From positions 1 through 46,182 of the forward strand of contig CAUZJA010000001.1 in NCBI GenBank assembly GCA_963579925.1: a DNA stretch of 46,182 nt, given 5' to 3'. The position numbers were made by a program, and so were the translations under genes. The first letter of the stretch is position 1. The number at the start of each line of letters is the position of its first letter. This stretch comes from Dehalococcoidia bacterium (GTDB taxonomy: Bacteria > Chloroflexota > Dehalococcoidia > Lucifugimonadales > Lucifugimonadaceae). The notes below the pieces were generated by a model. That model saw only the letters and a program-made list of their open reading frames with translations. It was not told the origin of the DNA and did no database searches. Below, piece after piece: positions 26,213 through 35,290 of the stretch.

Positions 26213-27310
26213 TTATGCCGCCCGATCAAGAATCGGGGTACCGGTTGAATCATCGTCATCGTGTTCAGCAGGAGGGTCGCCGAATTCGAAGTGGAACGGG
26301 TCGCCATCGCCAAAATTGAACTCAAACCGACCGTTGCCGTCGAACTCACCTAGCTGCTCTTCAATCCGTTCGCGAAGCTCCTCAGGTGAGAGGCCGCGTA
26401 GTTCACCGAGATCTGGCAAATGAGGGAACTCGCCACCACTGAACTCGAATCGGAACGGGTGATCGCTATCGCCAAACCGAGGGAACTCAAACTCGAACGA
26501 GTCATTGTCGCCGCCGAACCCTTCAAAGCCGGGTATCTTCTCCATCAGCTTCGGGATTGTGCGCAGTCCGCCAGAGTCACCTTCAAAGAAATACTTTTCT
26601 ATCGATGGAAGACCAAATCGGAGGGCACCGGGCATCAGCCCGTCAACGGCCTCGGGTCGGCCCTCCCACCACTCTCGCAGTTCGATCGCCTGCGCTTCAT
26701 CAATGATGCCCGCCTCGACCAGACCATCCGCCGTTGGCGGCAAACGGTCTTCGTCGTCGGCTGCGCGATCGGTCTGGATGCGCAGGAATTCAATCGCCTC
26801 GGCAACACCAAGGTCCAGTAGAGATTCAGGGAACTCGTCGAGCCACGTGTTGATCGTCTCGCGATCTTCTTCAGACACGTCGCCGTGGATCAGTGCGCCC
26901 GTGATAAGTGGTTTACCGATGCGGATCACGCTGCGAAATGTTGGACCTTCACCGTCGAGCAGTTCTCGGAGGGTGGCTGCGCTGATGGTTCCAATCGACT
27001 CCGGAATGGTGTCGAGCCATTCCTCAATCTCAGCCTGCTCTTCATCACTCAATTTGCCGCTTGCGACGAGGTCAGCCAGAAGCGAGTCGACTTTTTCGTC
27101 GGCCAGTTCAGCGCCAGCCTGCTCGAAAGCGTCTTTCAGGTCGGTTGGGTCGATGCCAAGTAGCTCCGCCGTGCGTTCAAAGAGCCTGTCTTTACCGCTG
27201 TCGCCACTGCCAGTGAGTGCCTGGGCAGCAACAACGCCACCAGACACGGACGCGACGATAACCACAAGCAGTGGAATGAAAATCATCCTGCGGCGAAGGG
27301 TCTGGATCAT
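26213..27310 (-). CDS. Membrane-anchored/exported acidic repeat protein of unknown function
   Basis: 365 aa with N-terminal TM/signal anchor MIFIPLLVVIVASVSGGVVAA. Three helical repeats (SDEEQAEIEEWLDTIPES / SEEDRETINTWLDEFPES / DEAQAIELREWWEGRPEA). Two C-terminal FEFxF..FGDxD.PFxFEF repeats. 23 nt upstream of the RR gene on the same strand. Confidence 0.75.
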   Translation of the reverse strand: MIQTLRRRMIFIPLLVVIVASVSGGVVAAQALTGSGDSGKDRLFERTAELLGIDPTDLKDAFEQAGAELADEKVDSLLADLVASGKLSDEEQAEIEEWLDTIPESIGTISAATLRELLDGEGPTFRSVIRIGKPLITGALIHGDVSEEDRETINTWLDEFPESLLDLGVAEAIEFLRIQTDRAADDEDRLPPTADGLVEAGIIDEAQAIELREWWEGRPEAVDGLMPGALRFGLPSIEKYFFEGDSGGLRTIPKLMEKIPGFEGFGGDNDSFEFEFPRFGDSDHPFRFEFSGGEFPHLPDLGELRGLSPEELRERIEEQLGEFDGNGRFEFNFGDGDPFHFEFGDPPAEHDDDDSTGTPILDRAA

Positions 27311-27444
27311 CTGGGGAGCCTCTCGGAACTCTGACCTATCAATGAGTGTACCCCCATGTTCTATCGGCTCAATCTCAAGGAAATGTCAAAGATTTCTTTA
27401 GAAACCTTAATAGGGGATACGGCTCTGATCTCTTGAAGGTTGGC

Positions 27445-28668
27445 CTAGATCTCTTCCGGGCACCAGGGCAGACGTTCCGTTCGGAACATTGAGTCCGCCA
27501 ATGCGAGTTGCTCGTTGGAAGACGATTCTGCGCGAAGAGCCGCCACCAGCGTGCTGAACGAAACGCCGCCCATGTAGGCCGCGCTCAGGGCATCTGCTCT
27601 CAAAGTGGCATCGGGATTCGCATCGACTTCAGTAACGGTGGCTACACCTGCCTCAACAGACAGCCGGTAAGTGCCATCGTTCCATGGGCAGAACTCATCA
27701 TTTACCCTGATCGTGAGTTCCCCATCCGACGAATATGTTCTTTCCCCAAGCGCTGCCTTCACATCAACCAGTCGAAGCCACATGCCGTCCAATTCAACGC
27801 GGCGAAGCCTTCGGGAATCGTTGACGCGCCACTGCAGCGGGTCATCTGGCGTCATGTTCCAGTATGAGATCGTCTGCACAAGGTCGATGCCAAACAAGTA
27901 GCGCCATAGGCTTTTGTGAGCATCGTCGGTGGTCCAGATTAGCTCTTCAACTGCAAGTTCCATCTCATCTGGCTCGATGCGATAGACCACGTAGCCTTCG
28001 GGTACACCGTTGTTGAAGTAGACCACCCACATGCGATCAGATCCGCCATGTCGTTCATGCTCCGGGGAGGCGATGGTGAAGTCCCACCAGTTCTCCCGCC
28101 GCTCCAACATCCCAGCCCACGATTTACGCGCCGTATCCCACACGTGCTGCATGTGCGGACGTGCTTCTTTTCCGGACATCATCCTGACGGTTCCAAGCGC
28201 GTCGGTCTCCCCGCGACGGAACTTAGCGTCAACCTTCTCAATCGACGTATTCTGCGTTGTCGTCGCCACTCCAAAGCCAAAACGACCGTAGATCAGCGCT
28301 TCGGACGCCCAGAGCATCGAGAACGTCTCACCACGCTCTCTGGACTGTGCAAGCTGATTGGTCATCATTGACGTGAGAATGCCGCGCCTGCGGTGTGAAG
28401 GCTTCACGGTGACATACGCGATGCCGCTGCATGTGCCATTTCCACCGCCGGGAAGCGAGATGGGCAACGTTTGGGCGCCAATGGTGCCAACGATCTGTGC
28501 ACCATCGAACACGGCGAACGACCTGTCGCACTCCATGATGCGGGTTTCCGCCTCAATGCGACTATCCGGCGTGGAGTTTCCAAACCCAAGGTCTATTGCC
28601 TGAACAAAGGTAGGAATTTCAGGCTCTGTGATCGCTCTGAGCGTCAGGCCGTCTGGGAGAGTTGCCAT
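27445..28668 (-). CDS. Eis-like GNAT N-acetyltransferase (double GNAT + SCP2-like C-terminus), paralogue 1
   Basis: 407 aa with VTVKPSHRRRGILTSMM (AcCoA loop) and ASEALIYGRFGFGVA. The start abuts the stop of paralogue 2 (0-nt gap). Confidence 0.8.
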   Translation of the reverse strand: MATLPDGLTLRAITEPEIPTFVQAIDLGFGNSTPDSRIEAETRIMECDRSFAVFDGAQIVGTIGAQTLPISLPGGGNGTCSGIAYVTVKPSHRRRGILTSMMTNQLAQSRERGETFSMLWASEALIYGRFGFGVATTTQNTSIEKVDAKFRRGETDALGTVRMMSGKEARPHMQHVWDTARKSWAGMLERRENWWDFTIASPEHERHGGSDRMWVVYFNNGVPEGYVVYRIEPDEMELAVEELIWTTDDAHKSLWRYLFGIDLVQTISYWNMTPDDPLQWRVNDSRRLRRVELDGMWLRLVDVKAALGERTYSSDGELTIRVNDEFCPWNDGTYRLSVEAGVATVTEVDANPDATLRADALSAAYMGGVSFSTLVAALRAESSSNEQLALADSMFRTERLPWCPEEI

Positions 28669-29889
28669 TTAGAAGTCCACCACATTCCACGGAGCCTTTT
28701 GCGTCACGAACATGGCATCAGCCTTGCTGAGCGAGCCGACAGCGTTCTCATCAATCAGTCCTGAGCGACCAAGAACGCTCGGCCGGGTTCCGCCAAACGT
28801 AATTGAGCCAAGAATCGCCACGTTCATCGTGAGTTCAGGTGACTTATCAGTAGGTACGCATGTAGCACCATCCCCGGAACCGGAGAGCAAGTATGTCCCT
28901 GCCGCATAGCCGCCTGACTCATCAATCACCTTGATCGACAGGTCTCCAGTTGCGGAATACGCTCTCGATTCGAGCACCGTTGGAACATCAAGAATTCTTG
29001 ACCAGATGCAGTCCTGCGGAATGCGTTCAAGCGCTCGAGTGTCTTGGAGCATCCACGGCAGAGCATCATCCACTGGTCGATCGCCAACTTGTATCTCACC
29101 GACAAGGTCAATTCCGAAGCAGTAGTTCCAGAGGGCAAGTTCAGCGTCTCGGTCAACGCCCACCAGTTCAATAATCCTCATGTTGTCGCGTCCATCGCCC
29201 GTCCGGCGATAGTTCACGTAACCCTCAGGTGAGTCGTTCACATAGTAAATCCCGGTGTGGAGCTCACTGTCGTCATTTCGGTCCCACTCAGGATCGATGC
29301 CGAGCCATTTCCACTCATTGGAACTCCGAATGATCCAGCCAGGACGAGTTGAGGCGACCTTTTCAAACACCTCTCGGGCGTCGGATATTCCGTCCTTGGC
29401 AGACTTATACCGCATCTCGCCGGCCGGTTTTGACGTGATGGCGAGCGCCGTCCGGTTACGAGAAATCTTGTAGCGCTCCCTGAACAGCGCTACGCCGTAG
29501 CCGAACCGGCCGTAGATAGCTGGCTCGGAGGCATAGAGCGATGCCATCGCATGTCCGCGCTCAACTGCCTCCGCCATCGCTGCGGGCATCATCTTTGACA
29601 AAATGCCGCGCCGACGATGGGTTGGGGACACAGTCACCATTGTGATCCCGGCGGTTGAAATTCTGGCTTTTGAATTGACGGTCTCGTAGTCAATGTACGC
29701 CAACGATCCGACGATCTGATCGCCATCGAATGCAGCGAATGGGTAAGTCGCTTCCACGATGTTAGTGAAGTGCGCTAGTTGCTCATCCAGAAACGTGCCT
29801 GCTCCACCAAAACCAATACTGATTGCCCTGCTGAATGCCGGCAACTGGTCTGGCGATGGACGTCTGATTTCGATCTTTTGTTTGTTCAT
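28669..29889 (-). CDS. Eis-like GNAT N-acetyltransferase, paralogue 2
   Basis: 406 aa from ATG 29889 with VTVSPTHRRRGILSKMM and ASEPAIYGRFGYGVA. Ends ...WNVVDF. 2-nt gap to paralogue 3. Confidence 0.8.
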   Translation of the reverse strand: MNKQKIEIRRPSPDQLPAFSRAISIGFGGAGTFLDEQLAHFTNIVEATYPFAAFDGDQIVGSLAYIDYETVNSKARISTAGITMVTVSPTHRRRGILSKMMPAAMAEAVERGHAMASLYASEPAIYGRFGYGVALFRERYKISRNRTALAITSKPAGEMRYKSAKDGISDAREVFEKVASTRPGWIIRSSNEWKWLGIDPEWDRNDDSELHTGIYYVNDSPEGYVNYRRTGDGRDNMRIIELVGVDRDAELALWNYCFGIDLVGEIQVGDRPVDDALPWMLQDTRALERIPQDCIWSRILDVPTVLESRAYSATGDLSIKVIDESGGYAAGTYLLSGSGDGATCVPTDKSPELTMNVAILGSITFGGTRPSVLGRSGLIDENAVGSLSKADAMFVTQKAPWNVVDF

Positions 29890-29891
29890 AA

Positions 29892-31115
29892 TTAAAAGTA
29901 GATGTGAGGCCATGGGGCCACGTTTGATTCAAATAGTCGTTGCAAGCGGGCGACGCCATCGCCAGCATGATCCTCAATCTGACCAGCGGCAAACATGGAA
30001 TAAGCACTCACGCCGCCAAGATAGAGCGAGCCAAGGTCTTCAACCCTCAGAGTTACCTCTGGAGCGCCCGGAGTTGGGCTGCAGACCGCTCCTTCATCGC
30101 CAGAGTCCAGCAGATGAGTGCCGTTGTTCCACGGGCACGATTCATCAATCACGCCGATCGCGATAGTATCCTCAACGCCATAGAGCGCTGCGCTCAGCGC
30201 CTCATCGACGTCAACCAATCTCAATGAGATGCCATCCGAAATCGTGCGGGTGACTGCCCGTCGATCTTTCAGCCACCAATGGAGTGGTTCATCCGGCGGA
30301 CGCCTTACCTCTAGTTTTCTAGTGAGATCAATATCCAGAAAGTACCGCCACAACCGCGCAGAGGCGCGGATAGTGGCCGCGACCATATCGTTGATCTTGA
30401 CGGTTCCGCTTGGGTTTCCGCTGGCCCAATCGTTTTCAACTTGATATGACGCGAAGCCCTCGCAACGGCCATCAAAGTAACAGCCCACCTGCAGTGTCTT
30501 TAGTTGCTGGCCTGGTGGGGATATTTTTCCTCTCAGTTCTCTGATCCAGAACGGGTCGGAGCGCGTGATAATTCCTGGCGTCAGATGCATGGCTTGAGTG
30601 TGAACTGGCGTGAACTCTTTGATGGCATCTTCCCAATCGACGAACCTCATATCCCCTTCCGCGCCAACGCCATCATGGAAATCTGAACGAGTGGTGTCGA
30701 TCTCCAGATCCTCGTTCCACGTCGCAACACCCCAGCCGAATCGACCGTAGATTGGCGCCTCCATGGCGAATAGCGCTGCGAGCGACTCACCCCGCTCCCG
30801 GTAGTCCGCAAGCTGGCGCGTAACCATGCCACGCATGATTCCCTGTCGCCGATGCGTTGGGCGCACCGCAACCCAGCTCAGACCGCCGCAAGGCAGGATA
30901 GCGCCGCCGGGCACGGACATGGAGTGCGAATACGACATCGATTGCCCAACCAGTTGATCGCCATCAAACGCGACAACAGAGCGATCAAACTCCCAGGCGT
31001 TCTTGCCCCAGTACTCCGCCCATTCGGGGATCGGCAGAGTTCCCTCCGCCACGCGGTTGAGTTCGTCAGCCAGCGGATGCTCTTCTGGCTTCAGTTTTCG
31101 ATATTCAAGACTCAT
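29892..31115 (-). CDS. Eis-like GNAT N-acetyltransferase, paralogue 3
   Basis: 407 aa with VAVRPTHRRQGIMRGMV and AMEAPIYGRFGWGVA. Ends ...WPHIYF. Confidence 0.8.
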   Translation of the reverse strand: MSLEYRKLKPEEHPLADELNRVAEGTLPIPEWAEYWGKNAWEFDRSVVAFDGDQLVGQSMSYSHSMSVPGGAILPCGGLSWVAVRPTHRRQGIMRGMVTRQLADYRERGESLAALFAMEAPIYGRFGWGVATWNEDLEIDTTRSDFHDGVGAEGDMRFVDWEDAIKEFTPVHTQAMHLTPGIITRSDPFWIRELRGKISPPGQQLKTLQVGCYFDGRCEGFASYQVENDWASGNPSGTVKINDMVAATIRASARLWRYFLDIDLTRKLEVRRPPDEPLHWWLKDRRAVTRTISDGISLRLVDVDEALSAALYGVEDTIAIGVIDESCPWNNGTHLLDSGDEGAVCSPTPGAPEVTLRVEDLGSLYLGGVSAYSMFAAGQIEDHAGDGVARLQRLFESNVAPWPHIYF

Positions 31116-31131
31116 TCAGCTCTCATTAACC

Positions 31132-32355
31132 TCAAATTTGGGGCTCAATAGCCGGACACCATGGCATGGACGACCAGCCAAACATGCTATCTGCGGTGGC
31201 TACCGCTGAGGATGTGTTCCCAGCGATGCGACCCGATGCAGCAAGGACAGATGGTTTCACACCGCCAAGGTAAATTGCACCAAGGTCTTCCACCGTCATG
31301 GTCAGGTCTGGAAGTTCCGTGCTGGAAGTGCAGGTCGCTCCAAGTGGGCCGCCTTCCAACCGGAATGTACCGGCACCCCAGCCACCCCACTCGTCAATCA
31401 CCTCAATAGTTAGCCCGCCATCATGTGCATAGCGTCTCGCCTCCAGCGCGGCGGGGACATCGAGAATGCGATTCCATACGCTATCGATGGACAGTCGTTC
31501 GAGACGTCTCGGGTTGCGAAGTAGCCACGGTAATGGGTCATCAATCGGACGGTTGCCCGCGGTGATGGATTCGATCACATCGATGCCGAACAGATATTCC
31601 CACAACGCCCGATGCGCCGCTGGCGTTGTAGTGACCATCTCCTCCACGACCAGCGTCTTCTTCGGAATCCAATTCTGCCAGTTGCCTGAGCTGTTGTAGA
31701 TCACATAGCCCAGCGTTTCGCCAGCTTCCTGGTAGGCGGCAATCAACATCTTCTTGATCTCGACAGGCCAGAAGCGGAGATCCCAGTAGGTCTGATCTCT
31801 CTCATAGGTTCCAAGGCGAGTGCGAGGCGCCAACGCATATGCACTGGGAATGACTTGTTTTGCGGTTTCAAGATCAACCAGCACTACCTCACCGGGGATG
31901 TCATATTCATCACGGAAAACAGCGTGCGGCTGCTGAATCTTGAAGCGCTCAAAGTGCGAAGCAATGCCGTAGCCGAACCGCCCATAGATAGAACTCTCAG
32001 AAGCGTGCAGCGTGGCGGTTGGTTCGCCGATCTCTTTGACCTGATCCATGTGCTGCCGCATCATCTCGGTCAGGATGCCACGTCGTCGGTGAGTGGGGCG
32101 CGTCGTTACGAATGAGAGGCCCGCTGAGTTGAGTTTGCCGCCGGGCACGGTCATTGGTGTTGGGAAGCTGCACAGTGTGCCAACGATCTGAGATCCATCA
32201 AACGCTGCCACAGATCGCTCCGGCTCGAACACGGGTCCGAACCGATCAAACGCATCCTCCTGACCGGCGCCCGTGTCTGTATACGCCGTAATTTCGGCGC
32301 GCAGAAAGTCTGGGAACTCTTCCTGTGTGACGGCGCGGTATGTAACTGGTCTCAT
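31132..32355 (-). CDS. Eis-like GNAT N-acetyltransferase, paralogue 4
   Basis: 407 aa with VTTRPTHRRRGILTEMM and ASESSIYGRFGYGIA. 16-nt gap to paralogue 3. Confidence 0.8.
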   Translation of the reverse strand: MRPVTYRAVTQEEFPDFLRAEITAYTDTGAGQEDAFDRFGPVFEPERSVAAFDGSQIVGTLCSFPTPMTVPGGKLNSAGLSFVTTRPTHRRRGILTEMMRQHMDQVKEIGEPTATLHASESSIYGRFGYGIASHFERFKIQQPHAVFRDEYDIPGEVVLVDLETAKQVIPSAYALAPRTRLGTYERDQTYWDLRFWPVEIKKMLIAAYQEAGETLGYVIYNSSGNWQNWIPKKTLVVEEMVTTTPAAHRALWEYLFGIDVIESITAGNRPIDDPLPWLLRNPRRLERLSIDSVWNRILDVPAALEARRYAHDGGLTIEVIDEWGGWGAGTFRLEGGPLGATCTSSTELPDLTMTVEDLGAIYLGGVKPSVLAASGRIAGNTSSAVATADSMFGWSSMPWCPAIEPQI

Positions 32356-32389
32356 CTGGTCATCCTGAAGCGCCGTGATGCGGCGCGGG

Positions 32390-33130
32390 TTACTCGACGT
32401 CTACGCGGGGCGGCGGGTTCAACACCGGGTGGAGAGCCAAAAGTCGCGACTTCTTGCCCGTCGGGTTGAATATGCCGTGTCGAATCGTTGGCTCGCAGAG
32501 GAACAGATCGCCCGCTTTAAGCGTGATGCTGTCCTTCTTATCGTAGACCGCGCCAAGCTCGCCTTCGATGCAGAACATCGACTCTTCGTGTGCCGGGTGG
32601 AAGTGATTAGGAGCTATCGCACCGGGGTTAAACGTGAGCTCTGAGAAATATGAAGACTCTGCACCAAGGAAATCGCCAACCATGTCATATCGTGACACGC
32701 CAGGCATGAACTCAAATGGCTTCACCTTGTCCCGGAAAAACACGCCAACGTCTGGTGCGCCGTCAATCCACTCTGGTTCAGTCGCCACTTCTCGCTCAGG
32801 TGAAGGGGAGGGGTACATAACGATGAAGCGCGCAGGCGTTTCGCCTACGTTCGCAAGCCCGTGACCGAGGCCACGACGAGCAACGATACAGTCACCGGCC
32901 TTCGCTCGGAACCTGTGACCATCCAGCCTGAACTCAACCTCGCCAGAAGCAACGTAGATGTTCTCTTCGGTATTGGGATGAATGTGGTAGACCGACGTAA
33001 CGCCAGGATCCAACGTGAGATCGCCAACCGTCATCATCTTTGAGCCGTGCTCACCGCCCATCATGTCGTACATGTTGGTGCCGGGCATGGGAGATACTTG
33101 CGGCTGGTGGCTACGTCGTCGAATTGGCAT
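32390..33130 (-). CDS. Bicupin (two cupin domains) protein
   Basis: Two cupin cores: SVYHIHPNTEENIYVASGEVEF and APNHFHPAHEESMFCIEGEL. 34 nt upstream of Eis paralogue 4. The start is uncertain (M1 or M15). Confidence 0.8.
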   Translation of the reverse strand: MPIRRRSHQPQVSPMPGTNMYDMMGGEHGSKMMTVGDLTLDPGVTSVYHIHPNTEENIYVASGEVEFRLDGHRFRAKAGDCIVARRGLGHGLANVGETPARFIVMYPSPSPEREVATEPEWIDGAPDVGVFFRDKVKPFEFMPGVSRYDMVGDFLGAESSYFSELTFNPGAIAPNHFHPAHEESMFCIEGELGAVYDKKDSITLKAGDLFLCEPTIRHGIFNPTGKKSRLLALHPVLNPPPRVDVE

Positions 33131-33187
33131 TGGAGATCCTGGTTTGCTCGAAATAAAGTTGGCGTGAAGAAGAACCTTATCATCGCG

Positions 33188-33221
33188 CAGCTAGGGAGCG
33201 AGCAACGCCTCTCCCTAGCTG
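33188..33221. other. Perfect 11-bp-stem hairpin CAGCTAGGGAG-N12-CTCCCTAGCTG
   Basis: Read directly. It lies between the PAT-like pseudogene tail and the bicupin gene. No T-tract, so terminator function is uncertain. Confidence 0.5.
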
Positions 33222-33816
33222 ACTGCTGCGGCGAATTCTTCATCATGTGTCGCCTCTGACATTGGCATCGGTGGCTCAGGGTGATCCGGCGGCGGAATTA
33301 GTTCCAATTGCCAGTATCCAATGTCCACCCACCGCCCTGATTTGAAGCCAACGTTTTTTGGGTCCCGATGTACTTTGAACCGAAAGACTCGAACATTCGG
33401 ACGCTTGCAGGATTGGGCAGGGCAATCGCACCGAAGACCTGAACGAATCTCTGGACACGGAGCGCAGCAAGCATCGAACTCACCAATGCCCTGCCAATAT
33501 GGACTCAGCGATAACCATCTGCCAGGTATGTGCTCAATTCAACCGCCCAACGATACGCTGCGCGTTCCTTGAATCTGCGGGCATAGCAGTAGCCCACGAT
33601 GGCGCCGTCAATCTCACAGACGAGCCACGGAGCAAACAGAAGCGTGTCTTTGATTCGCGCTGCGATCTCGGCCTCACTTGGAACCACTTCTTCGAACGAG
33701 ATCATCGTGTCTCGCACGATGGGACCGTAGATGTCGACAATGGCCGCCGCGTCAGAAATTCCAGCAAGGCGTATTAGGACAGTCGATGACTTTTCCATGG
33801 TGTCACTAATCTTCAA
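33215..33816 (-). pseudogene. Phosphinothricin-acetyltransferase-like (PAT) GNAT gene with at least 2 frameshifts
   Basis: Frame a: MKISDT...IVGYCYARRFKERAAYRWAVELSTYLADGYR*. Frame b: VHIGRALVSSMLAALRVQRFVQVFGAIALPNPASVRMFESFG. Frame c: FKVHRDPKNVGFKSGRWVDIGYWQLEL. Together these reconstruct a full PAT-type GNAT. Confidence 0.7.
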
Positions 33817-35284
33817 CCCTCATACCGGGTTTTGTAACGATTGCCAACAGTAACCCAACCAGCGTGAAACCTGTCACAGTGAAGTATGCAATCTTCCAGC
33901 CGTCTATGAACGCTTGCGAGGCCCCCACAACGGTGTCGATTTCGTTGAGCGGAATATCAAACCCCTGTGAGGTCATCACGCCCACCACAATAGCGGCCGC
34001 AATAGCCTGACCCACCACATTGCCAACGTTTCGGGCCAGATTTGTCAGCGCTCCCACCACGCCAAACTGAGCGCTTGAAACGGCATTCAGAATCACCGTG
34101 TTGTTCGGCACACTCCACATTCCCATTGCCAATCCATTGATGAAAAGTACAAGCATCACAATCCAGAATGGCGTATCTGCGTCCATGAAAGCGAAATATG
34201 CCGCAGTGGCGAATAACGCCACGAAACCGAGAATTGTGAAGGGGCGTGCGCCAAATCTATCGGAAAGCCTTCCACCGCTCTGTGCTGCGATTCCCATTCC
34301 CATGGACGCCAGGAACAGGATTCCACCGGTCGCGCCTTCGCCCAATCCTCGGAAGCTAATCAAGTACACAGGCATCATGAATCGGGTAGCGGTAGTACCC
34401 ATGAAACCAATGAGTCGTGTGCTCACCGCCATGGTGAACACGGTGTTCTTGAACATCCGAAGCTCAAGCATTGGTGCCGGGTTGCCAAGCTCCCACTTGA
34501 TGAATCCAGCCATAAGTACAGCGAATCCAATGAACCCACCAATGATCAGCGGAGATAGCCAGCCCACTCCAAGCGGATTGTTGATCGTCAGTACCAGCAA
34601 CACCACAGCGGAGGCGGAGAGGAACGCCCCCAGCCAGTCGTAAGGAGGCCGCTGCTCCTGCGTTCGTTGGCTCACTCGATCCTCGTCCAATACGACGAGA
34701 CCGACGACAAACGCGATGGCAATTGGGATCGAGATCATGATGAAAAGTGATTGCCACGGAAACCACTGCAGCAGAAGTCCGGCGACTACCGGTCCTGTGG
34801 CCCCACCCAGTGCAACCGCGGTGGTCTGACTGCCAATCGCCTTCCCTCGTTCGTTAGCGGGAAACACGGACACAACCATCGCAGTCCCAACGGACTGGCC
34901 CATCGCGTTGCCTACGGCCATGACCACTCTCGCCACAATCAGTATGCCGAACGTTGGCGCCGCGGCCGCAAACAGCGCACCACCGCCAAACAGCGACAGG
35001 CCAATGAGATGAATACGCTTCCGGCCAATGATGTCCGCAACACGCCCCATCGGCAGCATGATGGCGCTGATAGTTAGCGCCTGAGCGATCACTACCCATG
35101 AGACCGCTCCAAGGCTGACACCAAAGTCATCTGCGATGGCAGACAGCGCAACGAACACCATGGACATGCTCATCACCATCGTGACGAACGAAACTCCAAT
35201 GGCGGCGAACGCCTTCCATTTGTAGTCACTGGGGTCGTCTTCAGGATCCCACACGACGGGCGTTGATGAAGGAGCGTCGCTCAA
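33806..35284 (-). CDS. MFS transporter, DHA2 (14-TMS drug:H+ antiporter) family, paralogue 1
   Basis: 492 aa with motif A GRVADIIGRKR and 14 hydrophobic segments. TTG start. Confidence 0.9.
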   Translation of the reverse strand: MSDAPSSTPVVWDPEDDPSDYKWKAFAAIGVSFVTMVMSMSMVFVALSAIADDFGVSLGAVSWVVIAQALTISAIMLPMGRVADIIGRKRIHLIGLSLFGGGALFAAAAPTFGILIVARVVMAVGNAMGQSVGTAMVVSVFPANERGKAIGSQTTAVALGGATGPVVAGLLLQWFPWQSLFIMISIPIAIAFVVGLVVLDEDRVSQRTQEQRPPYDWLGAFLSASAVVLLVLTINNPLGVGWLSPLIIGGFIGFAVLMAGFIKWELGNPAPMLELRMFKNTVFTMAVSTRLIGFMGTTATRFMMPVYLISFRGLGEGATGGILFLASMGMGIAAQSGGRLSDRFGARPFTILGFVALFATAAYFAFMDADTPFWIVMLVLFINGLAMGMWSVPNNTVILNAVSSAQFGVVGALTNLARNVGNVVGQAIAAAIVVGVMTSQGFDIPLNEIDTVVGASQAFIDGWKIAYFTVTGFTLVGLLLAIVTKPGMRVED

Positions 35285-35290
35285 CGGCGC

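Noticed and set aside
27361-27389. Promoter for the acidic-protein/TCS operon (TTGACA on the minus strand at 27384-27389)
   Set aside because: A good -35 hexamer is present, but there is no convincing -10 at 16-18 nt (only CGATAG/GATAGA). This is too weak to report as a feature.
26505-27401. 298-aa Ser/Pro/Arg-rich plus-strand ORF
   Set aside because: It is the antisense shadow of the acidic repeat-protein gene, since GA-rich codons read as Ser/Pro on the other strand. The same reasoning applies to 25482-26087, 34098-34643, 35522-36070, 39990-40631 and the many other 60-200-aa antisense ORFs in the track.
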